Positions 1-8,543 of a DNA stretch of 64,000 bases are shown piece after piece. The position numbers and the translations under genes are program-made. The notes under the pieces are model-generated. The model was given only the letters and a program-made list of their open reading frames with translations. It ran no database searches and was not told the origin of the DNA. This DNA comes from Endomicrobiales bacterium (lineage in GTDB: Bacteria > Elusimicrobiota > Endomicrobiia > Endomicrobiales > CAWCFT01): the NCBI GenBank assembly GCA_963794945.1, contig CAWCFT010000004.1:160001-224000 (forward strand), given 5' to 3'. How positions within the stretch are numbered: position 1 is the first letter of the stretch; each line of letters begins with the position of its first letter.

Positions 1-98
1 CCTCTCGTCGGCTTTTTACTCCTAAGGCCGTAATTCTAATCTAATCGAATTTCATTGATTATTCAATCACAACTGCCGCAATTAATTTAAGAAAACCA

Positions 99-127
99 TT
101 GAGAAAAATATTATATTCATGTATAAT
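99..127 (+). promoter_or_regulatory. sigma70-type promoter for the sensor kinase cluster
   Basis: TTGAGA-17 bp-TATAAT (TG-extended) upstream of the ORF at 182/194. Confidence 0.55.
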
Positions 128-181
128 GAATTGCGTTTTTAACATTTTCTCGTTAAAAATAGTTAAATTTTCGCAAATTTT

Positions 182-1805
182 TTGGCAAAAACTATGCTAA
201 AACGGATACGTATCGGCTTACCTCTTAAATTCGTCATTTCCATATCTATTGTTATTATTCTCACTTCGCTTTCCCTCACGTGGTTCTTCATTACTAACCA
301 AACGGTCCAGATCAGGACCGCCCTAGAAGACAGGTGTAGCATGCTCGCGCGGAACCTCGCCAGCAACAGCGAGTTTGGAGCGTTTACCGGGAACAAAGAA
401 TACCTTAATAAACTTAACGAACAGGTAATAAAAGAAGAAGATGTTTTTTACAGTGTTATATATGACAAGAACGGCAAGATCCTCACGCTTACCGAAAACG
501 CGAATTTCAAGAACCTTTATAAAGAACTCGAACCGCTGCTTGCCTATAAAATGCACGCGGCGATAAGGAAAGCTCCTTCCGGTGATAACCAGCACGCCAA
601 AGATATAATTAAAATTTCTTACAATTCGCAAACAGGAGGGCCTATACATGACACCATCTGCCCGATAATGATAGACCGCATGCCGACCAAAGATGCCGGA
701 CAGGCTCTCGCTGCCGAGCCTAAAGACATAGGGGAAAGACAGGAGCTCGTAGGGTTTGCAAGAGTCGGCATATCCCTTTCGAGAATGCAGAAACAAATCA
801 CGGATATCAGGAAAGGAGTGTTCGTTCTTACGTCCATAGTAGTACTGTTCGGCATACTTCTGTCGATATTCCTCGTGCGCATAATTGTACAGCCGATCGA
901 ACAGCTTTCCATCGGGACAAGAATACTCTCCGGCGGAGATTTAAACTACAAGGTGCAGGTCAGGTCAAACGATGAGATTGGCGAGCTGGCCAACTCGTTT
1001 AACCAGATGGCAGCGGACATCCGTAAATACGTAAGGGAGCTTAACAAAGAAAAAGAAGATCTGCTTGTTTTGAAATCAGCTCTCGAGCAAAGGACCGATG
1101 AACTTGAACAGAACTATACTGAAAGTGAAGAACATACAGCAGGAACTGCTTCGTTCTGAAAAATTCGCGACAATAGGAAGGCTGGCCTCATCTATCGCTC
1201 ACGAACTGAGGAACCCGCTTGCAAGCCTTAAAAATATTTCGTATTATTTGATCAAACTCGGCGCGTTCAATATTGACGAAAAAGCGAAACAGATGCTTGA
1301 ATTGCTGTCGATCGACGTAGCTCGGGCCAATCGGATAGTAACCGACCTGCTGGATTTTTCCCGTATTAAAAAGATCAACAAGACACCCACAAGGGTAGAT
1401 GATCTCATAAACAATTTTCTTGACAGCCTGGACTTCGGGCAGAATATCCGCATTACTCGCAGGCTCGAACACGTAGTCGCCAACATCGACCCTGACAAGG
1501 TGAAGCAGGTTTTAGTAAATATTTTCTCGAACGCTAGGGACGCCATGCCCGAAGGCGGCGACATATCCATAAGTACGCGCAAAGTTGACTCAAGCGCCGT
1601 GATCACAGTGGCAGACACCGGCAACGGCATGGATGATGAGACCTTGAGCCATATTTTTGACCCGCTGTTTTCCACTAAGAACAGGGGGCTGGGATTAAGC
1701 CTGGCTATAGTCAAAGAAGTCATAGAACTGCACTCAGGCAGGATATTGGTTGAAAGCAAGAAAGGTTCCGGCACCACGTTCGAGCTTCGCCTGCCGCTGG
1801 AATAG
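182..1805 (+). CDS. HAMP-domain membrane sensor histidine kinase, split by a frameshift near 1100-1130 (ORFs 182..1159 and 1098..1805)
   Basis: Two TM helices, periplasmic domain and HAMP (NDEIGELANSFNQM) in the first ORF. H-box AHELRNPL and HATPase N/G1/F/G2 boxes in the second. Confidence 0.85.
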
Positions 1806-1875
1806 AATTACACGGGTTTTTGAGTGGGGCATATCCCCTTCATGCCTGGATTTTTAGTTAATGCCGGAGGGATCA

Positions 1876-2982
1876 ATGGGCAAAAAAAAGCTTAAAATTC
1901 TTATAGCCGATGATGAGGACGGCCTCAGGCTTTCCATGGCAGGCATTATCGAGATGGAGGGGCACGAAGTGATCACAGCGGCCGATGGGTATGAAGCCAT
2001 TGAGTGCGCGAAAGAGCATTCTTTCGACATAGCCTTCCTTGATATAAAAATGCCCGGCATAAACGGTGTGGAGACGTTTAAGCAGATCAAGAAAATAACG
2101 CCGGAGACCGTTGTTGTCATGATGACGGCGTACGCCGTGCAGCACCTTATAAAAGAAGCTATCAGCGAAGGAGCCTACGCCTGCATAAATAAACCTTTCG
2201 ACATGGATAAGATCATGGAGACTATTAAAGAAGTTTCCAAAAAACCATTCGTGGTTGTCATCGAAGATGACCCGAAGCTCTGTGTTGAGCTGGACCACAA
2301 ACTCAAAGAACACGGATTTAATGCCGTAACAAAACCGTCCGGCGCCGAGGGCACCGAGCTTGTTCAGCGCAAAATACCTGACATGATTTTTCTGAAGATC
2401 AACAAAAATACCCTGGAAACATTCAAGAAAATAAAAGAATCGCTCGGGGATAAGACCCCGAAAGTTATTCTTCTCGGGAACGACCCGTCTGACCCGGTTA
2501 TAGATGAGATAAAAAAACTTGGCAACGCCGAATATATGCCCAGACCGCTCAACGCCCAGGAAATGAAAAACACTATCAGCAAAGTAATTTCTAAAAACAA
2601 CAACCTCAAGATATGCGTAGTGGACGACGACAAGCCGCTTTGCGACTCGCTAAAGAACCTGCTCGTGTCAGGCGGGTACGACGTAGACACGGCTTACACA
2701 GGAGACGAGGCTCTTAAAAAAATGGAAGGCGATGCTTTTAAAGGCGACTCACTGAAGATCATTATTCTAGACGTGCGTCTCCCTGATGTAAACGGGGTTG
2801 AGATCTATGAAAAAATAAAAAGCACAAATCCCGGAGTCGGCGTGATATTCATAAGCGGCGTCCCGCTTAACGACAGCGCGGACAACACCATTAAAAAGAA
2901 CAACTATGTGTATCTTCACAAACCGTTTGACCCCGAAAACCTCATCAAGATGATAGAGCGAATAAAAGAAACAAAGCTTTAA
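1876..2982 (+). CDS. response regulator made of three tandem receiver domains, no output domain
   Basis: ILIADDE..FLDIKMP..KPF; degenerate middle REC (VVVIEDD); ICVVDDD..ILDVRLP..KPF. GGAGG RBS before ATG 1876. Confidence 0.85.
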   Translation: MGKKKLKILIADDEDGLRLSMAGIIEMEGHEVITAADGYEAIECAKEHSFDIAFLDIKMPGINGVETFKQIKKITPETVVVMMTAYAVQHLIKEAISEGAYACINKPFDMDKIMETIKEVSKKPFVVVIEDDPKLCVELDHKLKEHGFNAVTKPSGAEGTELVQRKIPDMIFLKINKNTLETFKKIKESLGDKTPKVILLGNDPSDPVIDEIKKLGNAEYMPRPLNAQEMKNTISKVISKNNNLKICVVDDDKPLCDSLKNLLVSGGYDVDTAYTGDEALKKMEGDAFKGDSLKIIILDVRLPDVNGVEIYEKIKSTNPGVGVIFISGVPLNDSADNTIKKNNYVYLHKPFDPENLIKMIERIKETKL

Positions 2983-3025
2983 ATAATACTTAGGCAAGGC
3001 CGTAGCTATATAAGGGGTGTAAAAA

Positions 3026-3955
3026 ATGACTGCAAATCCAACACCTTCAACCGTGAGCAAACCTGACATTTCAAAGATCTACCCCTATGCCTTTCTTGGG
3101 GCGGCGGCGTTATTTATCTTCTGGATCACTTTCTTCTTTCCGTGCCCGCCGCGTTTGAAATTGATCTTAGTGGGCGCCTTCACGGTTATCGAAGTGCTTT
3201 CTTTTCTTTATTATAAATCCGAGATGAACAATACTATAAAAATAAAGAAGAGCGGCATGGATTCTATTATAAGGGAAATCAAAGACTGTCAAAAAATGCT
3301 CGTTAATGAAGAGATCACTTCCGCTGTATCGAAATTCGCGTCAGTAATTTCCCACGAGCTGAAAAACCCGCTTTCCAGCCTGAAAAATATCGCCTATTAC
3401 CTTATCAAGACGGTCAACAGCGAAGACGCGAAAGGCAAGCGGATGATGGAGATCCTTTCAAGCGAAGTAGACAGAGTAGATAGGATGATAGGCGAGTTCT
3501 CCAATATCTCCCATGCTAGAAGGATAACTAAAACCATGACGAACGTTTCCGACCTCACTGAAAGCACGTTAGGCGGATACGCGTTAGCGCCGGAAATAGA
3601 GCTGAAAAAAGAGATAGAGCCAGGAATTCGAGCCAATATAGACCCCGAAAGAATAGAAGTGGTCCTTAAATACCTTCTTAAGAACGCTGTTTACGCTATC
3701 GGCAAGAAAGGCAGCATACTGGTAAGCCTTAAAACGGTTGGGACATTTTTTGAACTAGCCGTAGCTGATTCCGGCTCGGGCATAGACGATGAAACCGTTG
3801 AACATATCTTCGAACCGATGTTCACTACCAAAACAAAATCGTTAGGCCTCGGTCTTACCGTGATCAAGGAAACCGTCACCGGCCATGACGGAAAGATCGA
3901 TGTAGAAACAAAAAAAGACAAAGGCTCGACTTTCAGGATTTTCATACCTCTTTAA
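3026..3955 (+). CDS. membrane sensor histidine kinase
   Basis: Two N-terminal TM segments, SHELKNPL H-box, DSGSGI and GLGL HATPase motifs. Confidence 0.85.
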   Translation: MTANPTPSTVSKPDISKIYPYAFLGAAALFIFWITFFFPCPPRLKLILVGAFTVIEVLSFLYYKSEMNNTIKIKKSGMDSIIREIKDCQKMLVNEEITSAVSKFASVISHELKNPLSSLKNIAYYLIKTVNSEDAKGKRMMEILSSEVDRVDRMIGEFSNISHARRITKTMTNVSDLTESTLGGYALAPEIELKKEIEPGIRANIDPERIEVVLKYLLKNAVYAIGKKGSILVSLKTVGTFFELAVADSGSGIDDETVEHIFEPMFTTKTKSLGLGLTVIKETVTGHDGKIDVETKKDKGSTFRIFIPL

Positions 3956-4105
3956 ACATCTATCGGTGCTCAAATCTTTAAAACCAAAGGCATTGACATT
4001 AATCGATTGCGGGCTACACTCAGTTTACGAGCATCCGTAAAACCCGGCGAATTCTATTCGGTTATCATGCAGATTAAGCTTTTAATTAGTATTTGCGCGT
4101 ACCGG

Positions 4106-4134
4106 TTGACTTTTATAATCAATTAATATATAAT
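4106..4134 (+). promoter_or_regulatory. sigma70 promoter of the tRNA-tuf operon (a second candidate, TTGACA-16-TACACT, lies at 3993-4020)
   Basis: TTGACT-17 bp-TATAAT. Confidence 0.7.
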
Positions 4135-4230
4135 TATCAAGCGTATAAATATATCTGATGTGAAATCCAGGCTTAGATACAGCTGGTTTTTTCTTTTTTT
4201 GATCCACTGGTTTTCTTTGAATTTCTTAAT

Positions 4231-4315
4231 GGACGGGTGGCAGAGCGGTCTATTGCACCAGACTGTAAATCTGGCGGGCTTACGCCCTTCGGTGGTTCAA
4301 ATCCATCCCCGTCCA
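4231..4315 (+). tRNA. tRNA-Tyr (GTA)
   Basis: Cloverleaf with CCAGA-CT-GTA-AA-TCTGG anticodon arm, long variable arm and GGTTCAAATCC T-loop. Confidence 0.97.
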
Positions 4316-4325
4316 CTTTATTACA

Positions 4326-4396
4326 CAATTACAGATTTCAAATTACAGATTAAATCATACCCGTGAAGTCAATTTGTAATATGTAATCTGCAATTG
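4326..4396. repeat. inverted heptamer-repeat hairpin (ACAGATT)n / (AATTTGT)n
   Basis: CAATT ACAGATT TCAAATT ACAGATT..AATTTGT AATATGT AATCTGC AATTG. Right arm 4371-4390 is identical to 57651-57670. Confidence 0.85.
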
Positions 4397-4403
4397 ATGC
4401 TAC

Positions 4404-4474
4404 GCGGGAGTAGCACAATGGTAGTGCGCCAGCCTTCCAAGCTGGTCACGCGGGTTCGATTCCCGTCTCCCGCT
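4404..4474 (+). tRNA. tRNA-Gly (TCC)
   Basis: GCGGGAG acceptor, CCAGC-CT-TCC-AA-GCTGG anticodon arm, GGTTCGATTCC. Confidence 0.97.
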
Positions 4475-4504
4475 CTTTAATAGTTCTTTAACATTTTAGG
4501 AAAG

Positions 4505-4632
4505 GTTCAGCTCATCCCGCAGGGCGGGATGAGCAACGATGAATGGGGAAACCTAGGTTTCCCCTTGTGGAGCGTTCCGGCGTCGACAGCTGGAACCGCG
4601 AAGTAAGTCCGAGTATTAACGAGGACGCGACT
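4505..4632 (+). other. multi-hairpin structured spacer between tRNA-Gly and tRNA-Thr
   Basis: Consecutive stems GCTCATCCCGC/GCGGGATGAGC, GGGGAAAC/GTTTCCCC, GTTCCGGC/GCTGGAAC, GTCC/GGAC. Confidence 0.55.
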
Positions 4633-4634
4633 AT

Positions 4635-4706
4635 GCCGGGGTAGCTCAGTGGTAGAGCACTTCATTGGTAATGAAGTGGCCGTGGGTTCAATCCCCATCC
4701 CCGGCT
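4635..4706 (+). tRNA. tRNA-Thr (GGT)
   Basis: GCCGGGG acceptor, CTTCA-TT-GGT-AA-TGAAG anticodon arm, GGTTCAATCCC. Confidence 0.96.
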
Positions 4707-4780
4707 TAAGATATAGAATAGGCGAACAATAAAAGACATCCAACGGGATACAGCATATCCCAAATTCGGAGGAAAGTATT

Positions 4781-5980
4781 ATGGCAAAAGCGAAATTTGA
4801 CAGGACAAAGCCGCATGTGAACGTAGGGACGATCGGTCACGTAGACCACGGCAAAACGACATTGACAGCAGCGATAACGAAAGTATTAGGCGACAAGGGA
4901 TTAGCGACGTACGTGCCCTACGACACAGTAGCGAAAGCCTCTGAGTCACAGGGGCGCCGCGACCCGACCAAGATCCTTACGATCGCGGTCAGCCACGTAG
5001 AATATTCCACAGAAAAAAGGCATTACGCGCATATAGACTGCCCTGGGCACGCCGACTACATTAAGAACATGATAACCGGCGCGGCGCAGATGGACGGAGC
5101 GATACTGGTGGTATCAGCTACTGACGGCCCGATGCCGCAGACCAGAGAGCACATACTTCTTGCGCATCAGGTGAACGTGCCGAATATAGTGGTATTCATG
5201 AACAAGTGCGACGCCGTTGATGATAAAGACCTATTGGACCTTGTGGAGATGGAAGTAAGAGAACTTTTGACGAAGTACCAGTTCCCCGGGGATAAGATTC
5301 CGGTGATCAGGGGATCAGCGACCAAAGCGATCGCGGGCGACCCTGCGGGCGTAGAATCGATAATGAAGCTTGTGACAGCGTTGGACGAATATATACCGAT
5401 GCCTGTCAGAGAGATAGACAAACCGTTCCTGATGGCCGTTGAAGACGTGTTCTCGATAACGGGGCGCGGAACAGTGGCTACGGGCAGGATGGAAAGAGGC
5501 AAACTGAAAGTGGGCGATGCGGTAGAGCTTGTTGGCATAACAGACACGATGAAATCGGTAGCTACAGGCATAGAGATGTTCAGGAAGCTGCTAGACGATG
5601 CGCAGGCCGGCGACAACGTTGGCGTGCTTTTGAGAGGCATAGAGAAGAACCAGGTGCAGAGAGGCCAGGTAATAGCGGCGCCGGGAACGATCAAACCGCA
5701 CAAGAAGTTCAAGGGACAGGTATATATATTGACAAAAGAAGAGGGCGGCAGGCACACACCGTTCTTTACGGGATACCGTCCGCAGTTTTACTTCAGGACG
5801 ACAGATGTGACCGGAGTAGCGAACCTACCTGCTGGAATGGAGATGGTGATGCCCGGGGATAACGTTAAGATGGACATTGAGCTGATAGCTCCGATAGCTA
5901 TGGAGACGCAGCTGAGGTTCGCCATAAGAGAAGGCGGACACACAGTTGGTGCTGGCGTGGTTACTGAGATCGTGGAATAA
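4781..5980 (+). CDS. tuf: elongation factor Tu
   Basis: [34 protein letters not shown]. Confidence 0.99.
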   Translation: MAKAKFDRTKPHVNVGTIGHVDHGKTTLTAAITKVLGDKGLATYVPYDTVAKASESQGRRDPTKILTIAVSHVEYSTEKRHYAHIDCPGHADYIKNMITGAAQMDGAILVVSATDGPMPQTREHILLAHQVNVPNIVVFMNKCDAVDDKDLLDLVEMEVRELLTKYQFPGDKIPVIRGSATKAIAGDPAGVESIMKLVTALDEYIPMPVREIDKPFLMAVEDVFSITGRGTVATGRMERGKLKVGDAVELVGITDTMKSVATGIEMFRKLLDDAQAGDNVGVLLRGIEKNQVQRGQVIAAPGTIKPHKKFKGQVYILTKEEGGRHTPFFTGYRPQFYFRTTDVTGVANLPAGMEMVMPGDNVKMDIELIAPIAMETQLRFAIREGGHTVGAGVVTEIVE

Positions 5981-6029
5981 TAAGAGATAGGCTCGTAAGA
6001 GCTAAAGAAACTGAAAGAGGATTAGATAT

Positions 6030-6185
6030 ATGGCTAACGAGAGAGTAATTCAAACATTGGCGTGCAGCGTTTGCAAAGAAAGGAATTATACTTACGCCAA
6101 AGGCAAGAAGAAAGAAGGCAAGCTTGAATTAAGCAAGTTCTGCTCCAGATGCGGAAAACATACTTTGCACAAAGAAACAAAATAA
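6030..6185 (+). CDS. rpmG: 50S ribosomal protein L33 (Zn-binding C4 type; not in the ORF track)
   Basis: [51 protein letters not shown]; canonical position between tuf and tRNA-Trp. Confidence 0.95.
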   Translation: MANERVIQTLACSVCKERNYTYAKGKKKEGKLELSKFCSRCGKHTLHKETK

Positions 6186-6195
6186 TATAAAAGCA

Positions 6196-6278
6196 GCTGT
6201 AAGTCATAAGCTGTAAGCTATAAGTTGAATCCGGGCTTTAAGACTTTTCTTACAGCTTAACGCTTAAAGCTTAAAACT
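6196..6278. repeat. inverted heptamer-repeat hairpin (GCTGTAA)n / (TTACAGC)n
   Basis: GCTGTAA GTCATAA GCTGTAA GCTATAA ... TTACAGC TTAACGC TTAAAGC TTAAAAC. Confidence 0.8.
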
Positions 6279-6287
6279 GTTAGTATA

Positions 6288-6361
6288 GGGAGCATAAGCT
6301 AATGGTAAACTTCCGGTCTCCAAAACCGGTCTTGAGGGTTCGAATCCTTCTGCTCCCGCCA
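6288..6361 (+). tRNA. tRNA-Trp (CCA)
   Basis: GGGAGCA/TGCTCCC acceptor, CCGGT-CT-CCA-AA-ACCGG anticodon arm, encoded 3' CCA. Confidence 0.97.
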
Positions 6362-6407
6362 TTAAATGCGGAAAGCACAGCGTTTTGAGCGACAAAAGGA
6401 ATACAAG

Positions 6408-6599
6408 ATGAATAATTTTTTCAACCAGGCCTTACAGTTCGTCAAAGAAGCTTATGCCGAGCTGAAAAAAGTGTCGTGGCTTTCAAGGAAAGAAGCCATT
6501 GCGTCAACCATTGTAGTTATCATCATCGTGATCCTTGTAGCCATCTACGTGGGTTTTGTCGATTTTGTACTGGCAAGGTTGTTGGGCGCGATACTCTAA
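6408..6599 (+). CDS. secE: preprotein translocase subunit SecE
   Basis: ELKKVSW motif plus one TM helix; synteny; AAGGA RBS before ATG 6408. Confidence 0.95.
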   Translation: MNNFFNQALQFVKEAYAELKKVSWLSRKEAIASTIVVIIIVILVAIYVGFVDFVLARLLGAIL

Positions 6600-6618
6600 A
6601 TATTTAACGAGGTAAAAA

Positions 6619-7146
6619 ATGGCAAATAAATGGTATGTGGTTCACACTTATTCCGGTCACGAGGACCGCGTCAAGTCAAGCCTGGAAAAAGCCGTGGCGA
6701 ACCTTGGGCTCGGGGCGCGCATCTCGCAGGTGCTTGTGCCTACAGAAGACGTGGTCGAGATAAAACGGAACAAGAAACATTTCAAAAAACGCAAGTTTTT
6801 CCCCGGATATTGTTTTGTAGAGATGGAGATCGACAACGAAACCTATTGGCTCGTGCGCAACACAGCGGGGGTCACAGGCTTTCTCGGTGGCGTCAAACCC
6901 GTCCCGATGCCTGAAGACGAAGTTAAGAACCTCATAGAAACCAGCACGACGCCGGCCGCCAAGCCGCGCCCGGCTATAATGTTCGAGAAAGAAGAGAACG
7001 TAAGGATAATCGAAGGGCCTTTCAAACATTTCATAGGAGTAGTCGAAGAAGTCAACGAGGAGAGAGGCAAACTGAAGGTCATGGTAACGATCTTCGGCAG
7101 GCCTACGCCGGTTGAACTTGACTTCCTGCAGGTTGAAAAATTATAA
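6619..7146 (+). CDS. nusG: transcription termination/antitermination factor NusG
   Basis: WYVVHTYSGHE, FPGY, KOW domain, IFGRPTPVELDF. Confidence 0.98.
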   Translation: MANKWYVVHTYSGHEDRVKSSLEKAVANLGLGARISQVLVPTEDVVEIKRNKKHFKKRKFFPGYCFVEMEIDNETYWLVRNTAGVTGFLGGVKPVPMPEDEVKNLIETSTTPAAKPRPAIMFEKEENVRIIEGPFKHFIGVVEEVNEERGKLKVMVTIFGRPTPVELDFLQVEKL

Positions 7147-7151
7147 AACCA

Positions 7152-7230
7152 GCGATAAGATATAAGCAATAAGCTGTAAGATAATTTCAAAGGACTTAAA
7201 CTTATAGCTTAAAACTTACAGCTTATAGCT
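7152..7230. repeat. inverted heptamer-repeat hairpin between nusG and rplK
   Basis: GCGATAA GATATAA GCAATAA GCTGTAA ... TTATAGC TTAAAAC TTACAGC TTATAGC. Confidence 0.8.
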
Positions 7231-7249
7231 AATAATAAGGAGTAAAATC

Positions 7250-7684
7250 ATGGCAGTAAAAAAGAAAGTCAAAACGCAGATCAAACTTCAAATACCGGCG
7301 GGCAACGCGAATCCCGCTCCCCCGGTAGGGCCGGCGCTGGGTCAGCAGGGCGTTAACATCATGGATTTCTGCAAACAATTCAACGCCAAGACAGCCTCTA
7401 TGGAAGCCGGCATGACGATACCTGTGGTAATAACCGTTTTCGAAGACAGGTCATTTACCTTCATAACGAAAATGCCCCCTGTTTCCGCTCTTGTTAAGAA
7501 AGCCGCGGGTATAGCTAAAGCCAGCGGAGAGCCGAACAAGAACAAGGTTGGCAAGATAACCAAAAAACAGGTCGAAGAAATAGCTAAACAGAAAATGCCC
7601 GATCTCAATGCCAACGACCTCGAAGCCGCGAAGCTCATGGTGGAAGGCACGGCCCGCAGCATGGGCGTAGAAGTGGTAGAATAA
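7250..7684 (+). CDS. rplK: 50S ribosomal protein L11
   Basis: [20 protein letters not shown]. Confidence 0.99.
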   Translation: MAVKKKVKTQIKLQIPAGNANPAPPVGPALGQQGVNIMDFCKQFNAKTASMEAGMTIPVVITVFEDRSFTFITKMPPVSALVKKAAGIAKASGEPNKNKVGKITKKQVEEIAKQKMPDLNANDLEAAKLMVEGTARSMGVEVVE

Positions 7685-7691
7685 ATTTAAC

Positions 7692-7724
7692 GTGGGAGTC
7701 CGCCAAAGGCGGACGAAAAACCAC
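7692..7724 (+). promoter_or_regulatory. putative L1-binding autoregulatory mRNA site before rplA
   Basis: GTGGGAG-hairpin(GTCCGCC/GGCGGAC)-ACCAC next to the rplA RBS, matching the typical L1 target architecture. Confidence 0.65.
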
Positions 7725-7735
7725 ACGGAGGAATA

Positions 7736-8419
7736 ATGAGTAAACGACTGACAGAAACATCAAAACTGGTAGACAAAACAAAGCTTTATGAGATTGCTGA
7801 CGCCATTAATCTCGTAAAACAGACCGCCAAGGCGAAATTCGATGAGACGATCGAGATCCATATACGCCTGAGCATCGACCCCAAGAAAAGTGACCAGAAC
7901 GTGCGCGGAACGGTAACGCTTCCACACGGGATAGGAAAATCCAGGAAAGTAGCCGTCATAGCCAAGGGCGACAAACTGAAAGAAGCAGAGACAGCCGGTG
8001 CCGATACCGTTGGCTCGGACGACCTGATAGATAAAATAGCTAAGGGCTGGCTTGATTTCGACGTGCTTGTCTGTACGCCTGACGTCATGAAAGAAGCCTC
8101 AAAACTTGGTAAAGTGCTCGGCCCCAAAGGTCTTATGCCGAACCCCAAATCAGGCACGGTCACTTTTGATGTGGAAAGAACCGTAAAAGAACTCAAACTG
8201 GGCCGCGTTGAATATAAGAACGATTCATACGGCATCATCCACTGCCCGGTAGGAAAAGCCTCTTTTGACGCGTCAAAGCTCCTGGAGAATACAAAGACGC
8301 TCCTGGACGCTGTGGTCCGCTCAAAACCTTCATCATCGAAAGGCCAATATCTCAAAAGTATATCGGTTTCTTCGACAATGGGACCCGGTATCAAACTTGA
8401 TCCTAGCCAAAAGTTATAA
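7736..8419 (+). CDS. rplA: 50S ribosomal protein L1
   Basis: KFDETIE, LGPKGLMPNPKSGTV, SSTMGPGI. Confidence 0.99.
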   Translation: MSKRLTETSKLVDKTKLYEIADAINLVKQTAKAKFDETIEIHIRLSIDPKKSDQNVRGTVTLPHGIGKSRKVAVIAKGDKLKEAETAGADTVGSDDLIDKIAKGWLDFDVLVCTPDVMKEASKLGKVLGPKGLMPNPKSGTVTFDVERTVKELKLGRVEYKNDSYGIIHCPVGKASFDASKLLENTKTLLDAVVRSKPSSSKGQYLKSISVSSTMGPGIKLDPSQKL

Positions 8420-8487
8420 TTACTAGGATTTAAAGCCGGATTGTACCCAATGCAAATTCCGGATATTATGAAACTTCTCAAATAAGA

Positions 8488-8524
8488 AAGCTGTCTTCCG
8501 GTCTTGCCGGCAGGCAGCTTTTTT
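8488..8524 (+). terminator. intrinsic terminator after rplA
   Basis: AAAGCTGTCTTCCGG..CCGGCAGGCAGC followed by a T run. Confidence 0.7.
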
Positions 8525-8543
8525 ATTAGCATTCGGTGGGGAT

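Noticed and set aside
4160..4743. ORFs 4160..4366 and 4507..4743
   Set aside because: They overlap tRNA genes and are spurious.
5167..8532. Long antisense ORFs over tuf, nusG, rplK and rplA (likewise over recN and the kinases)
   Set aside because: Shadow frames of conserved genes with no motifs or RBS.
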